NCBI GenBank assembly: GCA_002633005.1
Contig: NMRA01000001.1
Coordinates: forward strand, 624,625-688,624
Direction of reading: 5' to 3'
Source of the DNA: Phoronis australis
Lineage: Eukaryota > Animalia > Phoronida
Length of the DNA: 64,000 bases
A model generated the notes under the pieces. The model saw nothing but the letters and a program-made list of their open reading frames with translations, was not told the origin of the DNA and did not search any database. The translations under genes were made by a program, and so were the position numbers. Of this stretch, positions 27,213-37,200 are shown piece after piece (the first letter of the stretch is position 1; the number at the start of each line of letters is the position of its first letter).

Positions 27213-28806
27213 AAAATCATGTTAGACAGTTCTTAATTGCTCAGGGCGCACCTACTCTATCAGAAGTTCTGCACAAACCACAAGTCTTTGTTCCACAGAC
27301 TTCAAACCTATATACATTCAGTTAATGGCATTAAGACCTAAGATACAAAACAAAGAAGTTAATTATTTTAACCTTTTCACTTTTTATCATCTAAAATTTA
27401 AAAAAGGTCCTAAACCAATAGCGAGGCAATGGCATCAAATTTCATTTCGATTTAAATGTACAAGATGAACTCTAAAAAACACTGTCACTGTTTTCTGCAC
27501 TAAAATTTCGACTTTACTTTATGAAAAGCTAAAGTTTTTTCATGAAATCGTCAAAGTCATACTTTTTGATAGCCTCTCGTATAAAATTGGAATACTCTAA
27601 AACAATCCCTAATAGCATTAGGAGAACAGTGTGTAAAACACGGGAAGGATTTATATAAATTCGATCCGCCATTCCTGAGATGTGATGTTCTGAAGTTAAT
27701 CCAATCACAACATTTATCTCAGCTCCTAAGAAGCATAAACACCAAGCTGGGCTGAGCAAGGATGTTCTTTCATTCAGAATCCACTCAACGCATTAGTTTT
27801 CACCAAAAAAGAAACAAACTGAGCACAACGTGATGTTTATTAGAGTTTCTGCCGGAACTCTAGATATTGATGAAGGGCGTAAATAGTAAACACTCGGAAA
27901 CAGGAGTGTATAAATAAGGGTAGAAATTTGGCCTCACTCCTAGATTTGCCAAGTAGATATTCAACGTTTTTATCTTTGGTTATCACATTTAACGAGCACA
28001 AATCCGGAAATAACAGTGCAAATATGCAGTCACTTGTATTTTCAAGGAGGCATTTTCTCCTTGTTTCAAGCACTGTTATAACATATTAAACAGAACTTTG
28101 TTGACGAATGTCAGATATGCTGATATGATTTGAAACAACGGAGGGTTTATATGAAGAGTATTCAATTTTATCCTGAACCAGATTTTCACAATTTATAAAT
28201 GATTACGAATTAACTAAGCTGGCTACTAAGTACAAAATTGTTCAGTTATCTTTATTAATGACTGTGGATAACTACCCACGATGCAATGTGCCAAATCTCG
28301 AGTCAACACAATAATGGTGTCATCACCTTCATGAACTTGTTTCGTACAAGAACTGAACCTGTGATATAGACCACTGACCAAATTACGTCAAATACAAGCA
28401 TTTTCAAGCGCTGACACAAACAGGCTGCTCATGACATATCGGACTTTTCATAATTCCTTGTCATGTCGCATCGTTTTATGTAGTCAGTTGTGTGCACACA
28501 TAGAAATCCCTTCTCATCTGAGCAAGGAACAAGTTGAGACAAATATTATGACGGTAAGTTGTCTAAATCAAAAGTTGGCTTCTAATGGACGGTACGCCAT
28601 GGATTCATAGACTGTGCTTTAAATGTCATAAAAAGTACGGTAAATTCCCTCCTTATACAACGACAGTTAAAAGTCACCACAATTAAGAAGGTTAAGATGC
28701 ACTGCCAACAGTTTTCTTATGATTTCGATTTTAAAGTCCTTGTCTCGCGCGTTGTTAACCCTTATTACATGGTTAGAAGATGTTATAAGGATCCAAGAAG
28801 TACCTA

Positions 28807-28920
28807 CCCCATAACTAATACACGATCCGTACTCGAAAACAGTTTAAATGAACGCCCCAGTCACGATTCGCACCCGAAGAAACATCGCCATTTTGAACTT
28901 GCCGCGAACCCGGAAGTACA
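28807..28920 (-). promoter_or_regulatory. Candidate promoter and first exon of a leftward gene
   Basis: CpG-rich patch with ETS-type CCGGAAGT (~28910), YY1-type CGCCATTTT (28886-28894) and a minus-strand donor GGG|GTAGGT at 28807/28806. Confidence 0.4.
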
Positions 28921-29118
28921 ATTCATTCAGGAACCCAGGCCGAGTAAACGCCGTCAGTGCAACTGGAGCAGTGCCTGTACTGTTACCAGCCAGCAAACGG
29001 GGATAAAAAAATCGACAGCGCGCCTTAATTTTGATAAAATCAAACTACGGACAATTTTATGGAATTTGCTGAAGAAATGTGGCGAATAAATTTTGACAGA
29101 AATTATTTTGCTAGACTC

Positions 29119-29363
29119 NNNNNNNNNNNNNNNNNNNNNNNNNNNNNNNNNNNNNNNNNNNNNNNNNNNNNNNNNNNNNNNNNNNNNNNNNNNNNNNNNN
29201 NNNNNNNNNNNNNNNNNNNNNNNNNNNNNNNNNNNNNNNNNNNNNNNNNNNNNNNNNNNNNNNNNNNNNNNNNNNNNNNNNNNNNNNNNNNNNNNNNNNN
29301 NNNNNNNNNNNNNNNNNNNNNNNNNNNNNNNNNNNNNNNNNNNNNNNNNNNNNNNNNNNNNNN
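29119..29363. other. Assembly gap (245 N)
   Basis: Run of N. Confidence 1.
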
Positions 29364-29683
29364 TATGTCGAATCCATCCGAAAACGGCAGGATAGCGTCA
29401 TCTCACTATTAGGTGCCTACATACCAAATTTCATGAAAATCCGTTCAGGACTTTTGAAGATACAAAGGTAAGCGTAAAAAACTAAAATTGCCACTAGGGG
29501 GCACACCGGTAGTCGGATCCGTCCGAAAGTTCGCACATGCCGTCCCATTCATGAATGGAACATATGTGTCAAATTTCATGAACGTATGTCAAAGGGTTTT
29601 GGAGATAGAGCAGCGGACGCCGGACGGACGGACAGAGATGACGGCATAATGCGTCCACATATAAATATGTGGGCGCATAAAAA
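29364..29683 (-). mobile_element. HINE/DINE-1-like (Helentron-associated) non-autonomous element, cut off by the gap
   Basis: On the minus strand: TTTTTA, then the hairpin TGCGCCCACATA-TTTA-TATGTGGACGCA, then a GTCC microsatellite (TCTGTCCGTCCGTCC), then TTTCATGAAATTTG-type core motifs. Confidence 0.65.
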
Positions 29684-30240
29684 GCGTTCAGACATGCTAG
29701 TGGGGGTGACTTCATTGCTAATGATATCTATAAGATTTTGTTCCGAATTGAATGCTATCCGACATATTTTAACAAAACATTCGACTGAAGACAGTTAATT
29801 CAAGAACGACTGAAAGGACGACGACGTTCTGTGAAAACACAAACTGGGAGCAGTGATTACCGTTGAATAAAGCTCTCATCTTATTTGAACTTTCTTCCAA
29901 ACTGTTTCAAAAAAACTCCTCAACTCTGCACAAAAAATACATTCAAATTATCCACCACCACTTGACAGACAGCTTTGCAACCACCGACCAAAAATCAGGC
30001 AATGGATGACAACAATAGTGGACGATGTTGCATTCCAAGTTTGCCAGCAGAAAAAACGGCCGCTGTAATTTATCACTTTTAGGGGGATATGATATATTCT
30101 GTGACACTAAATCTCTTTACAGCGGACATATTAATCAAAACTGGACAGCAATGAATGAAATGTCCCAGTTAACCACACCATTCATTAACACAATTAACTG
30201 ATGACACCCAAGAGCGTCATTGTGATAAGTGTAGCCATAC

Positions 30241-30445
30241 CAGTGCTGGCGCTTCAATCCAAATGACGTCAAGGTCTTCCAACTTCACCGTGTCAATAGC
30301 AGGCAAGAACGTCACCATAGGGGAAATAAACAGGAAGCGAACGCACTTTCGTTGTTTTGTTTAGCCAATGATAACACTCATCTTTTAAGTGGCAAATAGT
30401 AACAAGATGGCGGGAGTTCGTTCCTGTCTATATAAATGTGTGAGT
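30241..30445. promoter_or_regulatory. Candidate bidirectional promoter with a short first exon on each strand
   Basis: CRE TGACGTCA (~30264), CAGGAAG (~30331), CCAAT (~30365) and YY1-type CAAGATGGCG (~30403). Plus-strand ATG...TGT|GTGAGT; minus-strand ATG...CTG|GTATGG. Confidence 0.35.
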
Positions 30446-33384
30446 ATGCACCACGGAACTTATTACTTTAAAGAATAAAAATAAAGGTACCCATTTGCAT
30501 TTTTACCGCGACAGTAGGTATTGTTTGCCTTAAATAAGCTTCTGCAAAAGCAAATGCACTCAACAACTTGCTCTTTCAATAGGAATCTCGTAATGAAACA
30601 CCCCAAGCGTGGAATTTCATTAATCTTTTCATCTCAAGGTGCATTGTCCTCTAACAATAATTGAAGATTCCAACTTCCTGTCATGTGGAAAAAATGGAGA
30701 TAACGAGAACATTATTTGAGCAAAGTGGATTTAAACGTGGAGCGTCGACGCTTTGACGCAGTACGAACAATCAACTGCAGTCTCAACCAGTTATCAGCAG
30801 AGTACACTACATTACTTCAATGACAACTTTGCTTTCTTGTCATTTCATTATTTCCAGTTTATTTCAAACCTAAAGGTTACTAAAAGATAACTGCTTATTT
30901 CATCTTAAGAAAATATACATGAAGGATATAAACACTGTCTGCAATTCAAAACATTATATGCAGGCAGATTAACAATTAATAGAAAAAATATGATCGCTGA
31001 CAGGTTGCATTTTTAAAATCAAAATGTTTAATAAGTAAAGTAAAAAATTTAAAAATAACAGTACATAAAATGGTACATTTGCCAGCCCACAAAATGAGAC
31101 TAGGTTGACATTGCAATTCATTCCATCAAACACACTTGAGTGGTCAATTTCAACTATAACATGTAGCTACAAATCTTGAACAATTGTTCAGGCCATAACA
31201 TTGCAGAGACATAGCTTTTCCATTTCAGCTGGTCACGAATGACCAGTTTTCGTTCCGTTATTAATCGCGTTTTCCTGGATATCAACACCACAGCCACGCA
31301 ATATGTTGCCATCACATTAGCCAGTCACCAAAAACCTCGTCATGAAGAACCAATAAACACCTGCATGAATCCAGTTCAACTCCGAAAATACACTTCATGA
31401 ATCACAGTTATTTTTTAATAACTTCAAACAATAACAAAATTCTAGGTGAATCACCCACACAGATAGCTGTCATAAAGTCAACATTATTTTTCCAAGTGCA
31501 AGCAGAACTCTCGAGGTCATGACCTTGTCACAAAATAATTATTTTTCTGAAATAGGGTTAAAAAACACTACATCAACTTAGACAGTACTGGAAATCAAAA
31601 TTGGTAAAAATTCTCCAGTTTGGGACAGTGAAAAAAATAACTATTTTGCAAAGGATTGGAGTTTGTACCAAATTATAGAATTAGGAAATAGTGGACATCC
31701 CAAATTTAAGAATCATGAGACAAATTTTGCATTTGTAGAAACTTTTTTTCGACAAATTTAGCTCCAAGTTAAATTTAAGAAATATCTTGATAAATGCAAA
31801 CAAATTATCCATGTCACAATTTTAAGAAACAAGAAAATTCAATTTTAGCTTGAATTAAAGTATTCCAAATTTTAGACATTTTTTAGAGAATTTTTCTTCA
31901 ACTTAGTACCCACTGACCAGAACAAACAAGGGAGTGCCATGACAATAACTGGACAGGTGCTCGTTAAAAGCACAATAACTAGTCAGACTAAAATAGATAT
32001 CGTTATGAAAACTTGACTTGCAAACATGGGACAAGCAAGACACTGGAGAGGTCAAACCGGTCCGATAAAATCACAAATTTCCGGAGAATATTAGCCAAAA
32101 TTGACCTTTACATTTCGAAAACTTCTAACACAGTTGTGAATGCCCATGGCTTCACAAAACATTGTCTGAAGGTTGTTATGGTACAGACCGTCAGGCTGAA
32201 GGTGCAACTACTTCTGCTGAAAAATTGAGAATAAACTAAAATTTTGCTTGGCATCTGAAATATTGCACACCTTTTGTCATAATACAGCTTAATGAATGTG
32301 TTCGTTTTAGGGCAGGTTCCAGCACCAGTGGGCTCTCCTCATATCAAAATGGCAGCCACTGAAGTGATTGGTTGGCGAAGTTAGAGCATTGAATTATGGG
32401 ATTGAATTCATCATTATTCTTCCATGAGTGAAGAGCTTTTGGTCGCAAGTGTTAACTACTGTCTTGAGGTTTACCGAACACAACAATTGTTTGAGCAATG
32501 TCTTGATCTCATAGCTGACTAACTTATGTTTTAACAACTAAATTCATGAATTCAGGATTAGAACTTAATATATTCTAACCTCCTAAGGAAATTTTTGTGT
32601 CAAATTTCTTTAAACTTGAAGTGCAACCACAAGCCTTTTACGGGTTTAAAACTAACTTAAAACACTACTTTCAAGCATTTATGAGCTTCTAGTTTCACAA
32701 CCAACAGGCAAAATCTGGGAAAAAATTCAAACTCAGGATTCAAAGACATAACTAACCATGAATACCACACTGTATATGATGGTGTGACCTCGATGCAAAA
32801 AGAAACACAATTTAAAAAAAAGAAATCACTGAAACTACTAAAATTACGGACAAAACTATGACTGGAACATTAAAAGGGATTTAGTAAACATGCAAATAAT
32901 AATTACATGGAGAGCCACACTCACCGTACAAGTACTCAGGGCATAAAAAACAACTTTGTGACTCCAGTCATTCAAGTACTCTTTTAGGCATCAGCAAATC
33001 AAAAACACAGATACCTCCACTGTGACACCAGGTGGCGCTAGCGAGACAATAGCCATTTGGCTTATGTCGTCGGCTCTTCACTCTGTGACGAAATCGTCTG
33101 CATCACTACGTGACTACAGCATGACTACAGTACTTTTGCCATCATGCTGCATGATACCGACACCTTTTTCAAATAGCTCTGAATGATGATCGCCCCCTTT
33201 ACATGCCACTTTAAATGATGATTTCACTTTTCAAATAATTTGACAGGACATTGACACGTCTGTTTTATCACACCATAACTGATGTTTGCACGTCTACACA
33301 TCCTGCTATGTAACTCCAGACGACAATAGCTGCTTCACGCCAAACTTTCTTCTGTTTCACGCTAAATGACGTACTTCATACCCA

Positions 33385-33429
33385 TTACTTAATGCCACCC
33401 ACACAGACATCTGCGTCTTCCACAATAAA
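33385..33429 (-). other. Candidate alternative or terminal exon downstream of the last recognisable HERC1 exon (FIVEDADVCVGGIK*)
   Basis: Acceptor GTTCTGTGTCTTCCACAG. Phase 0 is compatible with the preceding exon. An AATAAA lies on the minus strand at 30858-30863. There is no homology support. Confidence 0.25.
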
Positions 33430-33539
33430 CTGTGGAAGACACAGAACTTTATCTAAGAACATTTCCTGCACATTTACCGTGTTTCAAAATGCAAACAATG
33501 TAGACACAAACAGTCTCAATTAAACAAAAACTGACGAAG

Positions 33540-34033
33540 GGTTCTTAAACGAGTATGTTTCTGCGTCTTGAAATGTGCTCATTAAATATGCAAAACCGCT
33601 TGATCATTGCGTAGCATTAGTTATTCAACACGCACAATTCGTTCTTAAACGACTAACTCTCTGCCCGTATTCAACACGCACCAGTCGTTCTTAAACGATC
33701 AACTCTCTGCCCTTATTCAACACGCACAATTCGTTCTTAAACGATTATCTCTCTGCCTGTATTCAACACGCACAATTCGTTCTGAAACGATTAACTCTCT
33801 GCGCTTATTCAACACGCACAATTCGTTCTTAAACGATTAACTCCCTGCGCTTATTCAACGCGAATGTTTCTTCCATGCTTCCTCATCTGGGCAGAACTTA
33901 CTGATCATCAACTACTTTAATAAGACATAATTCAGAGCGCATTGAATAACCAATTCTGCCCAATGAATAAGCGCAGAAAGATAATTGTTGAATAAACACA
34001 TTTCAACAGGCAGAAAGCCACTCGTTTAATAAC
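33540..34033. mobile_element. MITE-like element with an internal 46-bp tandem array (~33622-33860)
   Basis: Inverted ends TTAAACGAGT..TTTCTGC..TTGAAATGTG / CACATTTCAA..GCAGAAA..ACTCGTTTAA. Internal unit TATTCAACACGCACAATTCGTTCTTAAACGATTAACTCTCTGC occurs ~5 times. Confidence 0.75.
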
Positions 34034-34142
34034 AATTGGGAAGTTCATATTTAAACCAAAACCAAACAATTACCAATAATACACCTTCACTTAAGGAGGT
34101 TAGTCCATACAATTACAAGAGCTAGAACAATATTCCACTTAC

Positions 34143-34267
34143 CTCATGAGCGTGTATAACATAAGGCTCTTCTAGTAGTTCCTTATTCGTCACAAAGATG
34201 GCGCCGTCCTGATAACCGACCGCAAATCTTTGATCTTCATTGAACCAAGCAAGGCACGTAACAGAGA
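34143..34267 (-). CDS. HERC1: HERC1 exon (WD40: SVTCLAWFNEDQRFAVGYQDG...IHAHE)
   Basis: TTGTAG acceptor, GTAAGT donor, phase 1 to 0. Confidence 0.9.
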
Positions 34268-37200
34268 CTACAAATTTCAAAGTAGGTTGAAAGTCATTCA
34301 ACGAATACACTTTTTGTTTGGTTTCAAATCCAAACGACACCATTTTCCGAATTGAATCTACACTAGAGATCTACCCAGTCCATTTTTAAGCGTCGCCAAG
34401 GTGATTCGTCCTACATCACCACTCGTAGGCCAATTATCCATCACAATTAAAAAACTGTTACGCAAACTAATTGAACAACCTTTATTGACTCATAATGCAT
34501 CTAGTGTATCGCTAAATTCATATCATTGTGAAATTCGCTGTCTGTGAAAAATTTAATTCCAGAAGCAATACCACCCCACAACAATTTCTTTTAGCTAGAT
34601 TTTTGCTGCCGTGATGTCTTCACTAATACAGTGATTGGCATGCTTCACACAAAAGTACCTTAGATGAGTGTTCCTGATAAACATGCTTCTTGACGACAGC
34701 GGCTCTTGTACAAATCTATTGAGCAAGTACAAGGTGCAATGAAATGGGCAAAGTTTCTAAATGTCAACATGGAGTTGACCCAAATCTGATCGCTTTATCA
34801 ATTTTCTTGACAAAAATTAAATGTGAAGCGCCAATTCTATTATTCATGATAAACCCAATTTGTATAGTCGGGAAAACATCAACTAACATAGGGTGAAATT
34901 CATAGCTATTAAGAAATGAAAAAGACAAATATTTTAATTAGAATATCAATAAACTTTACTGTATCGAACTTCTACTAACAACAATGAAAACCAAAATGTT
35001 GACAAAAAGTTAACATGCAGCATTATCAACATTTTTGTGTATTCAGCTAAATACCCACAGAACTACAAAATTCAAAACATGAGAAGTAAGTATTTTCTGA
35101 TAGTAAAAAGCCTACAGAATTTCATTTTTGACTTTACACCGGGATTTTCCGTAGATAAGCCCATGGGCGTGTATTTGGAAAATGAAAATTTTCAAGCGTT
35201 TTAGTAACACCAAACAAACGCCTGAGCGAATTTTAAAAGAAGCTATCATAGTTTTGTCACCTGTGGCATATTTTACTTAAAACTGTTTTTAAATTTTGTG
35301 TTAATAAATGCATAGTTCGTCAACACCTTGTTCGTTTTTACAGTTGATACATGCTCCACAAAACTGAATTTGACGCTCAGTGGGCTGTAAGAATGCCTGT
35401 TTGGACACTTGACATCAGAAGTTGTAATGTGGAATAAACGCTCATGAGCGTTTTTTCGGCATAATTATCTGAACAAATGCCCATGGGTGTTTCATCGGGT
35501 GGGCTTATCTACGGAAAATCCCGGTACCAATCTGCTATAGATAAAATTAGAAAGGAACAATCATGGCAGAACAAAGGTAATGGCAACCTATATTGTCCAA
35601 ATTTCATTTAATGCAAATCTTCAACATGAGATGTCTCTTATCACTTCCTTTTCGTTTAACACAAAGTTTCATTTTTTACATAAAACCCTAAAGTCCGGAT
35701 TTTTGATCTCCCCTAATGCAAAAGTGGATTAACTTTTTACTGCGAAAAAGATGTTTACTCTACTTCTCGACACGTGGGATTTGAAATGACAAAATCCACG
35801 ACGTTATCAATTTGTAAAAATGCGTATTAAGCAAATTCTTACTTCCTATGCGTGAGCAGTGGTCCAACTCTTTCCGTGTGAACGATGAGTTGTCAAAAAC
35901 TTCAATGGCCGCCACTGATCCGTCGATGCGACCGACCAATAGTGTATCTGTGCTCAAGCCCATACAACCATCCACAAAACCCTTATTGGCCGGCCAAGCT
36001 AGGGTCGTCACCCAGCATGGCTGCACGTCCAAATGACCACGGCCGCCTGAAAAAGTAGCGTCAGTTGAAAGCAAAACAACTCTAGTTTACGAAGTGTCCA
36101 ACAGGGTCTCTGGTGGAAGGGACGGCCATCTAACAAAACAGCATCTTTTGTTATCAGTGTCACGGCTAGTAACCCCACCTAGTGTTCAGTAAAGGACAAG
36201 TAGCGACCAGCTTCAAAACCACAATAGGTGTATCAGCTTTAAAAGAGTTACCTTTAACACATAAAATCAAGTAAAGTCTCCTTGACGGACATGTAAAATA
36301 AAATTTCACATTTCATAAAAAGATGAAAATTGTAACACAGTATACTTGCCAGCTACTCTAAAAATTAAAATCTAACCAGGAGATGGTAACTCCGTCAGAC
36401 AGCAGTTAAAACCCCTGACAATCATCTATGTAATTATTTTCCCAACATTTACTAGAATTATCATAACGCAATGTTACAGTAGGTCAAGCCCATGACCGAC
36501 AAAACATTTTTAGCCACCTTAAGCTACTCACCCACACTGGCCCAGATGTTGATGCGTATTCCTGTTGACCCCGCCAGCAGTTTCCCGTTTGTGTTCCACG
36601 TGACATTGGACAGCAGTCCCTCGTCCAGATCATCGGTGGGGCCACCGTCAGCTGCGGAGTCATCTCCCCTGTTGAAGACGCACGTCTGCTGCAGGATCTG
36701 GTGCGTCTTGCTCGGCAGGTTCCAGATGCGTACCGTGCCATCGTGTCCACTGGAAATAGCAGTTTTATGAAATGACACACGTCGAAACTTAATTCTCTAA
36801 AGCTGTGTTGAAACCATAAATAAACGAAAGCTCAGAGAAAGCAGATATTAATTCTCTAGCCAAAGACTGGAAGCAAATTAAACTTGTACAGTTTTAAAAA
36901 TTTGTAAAATGGTAGCAACACCATATCATAAATTAATGGTGAGAACTACTGACATTCTTACATCACCTCACTTTACTTCTCACTTGGTCCCCTAAAACTC
37001 ACCTCGAGGCCAGGAGTCCTTTGGTGGAGTTCCACGTGCACCCCGTCACACGATTCGTGTGCGCCTCCAGCTTGCTCACCGAACACCTGGGCAGATCACC
37101 CGACAGGTCAGCCATGCATGTACTCAACACGTTAGCCCCATCGGAGCCACGGTGGGTCAGCGAGCGTACAAACTGATGCGCGGCCCACTGACGGTGCGGT

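Noticed and set aside
28697-29412. ORFs beside and across the gap
   Set aside because: The gap-spanning ones are artefacts of N runs. The 130-aa ORF overlaps a promoter-like CpG patch and has no recognisable homology.
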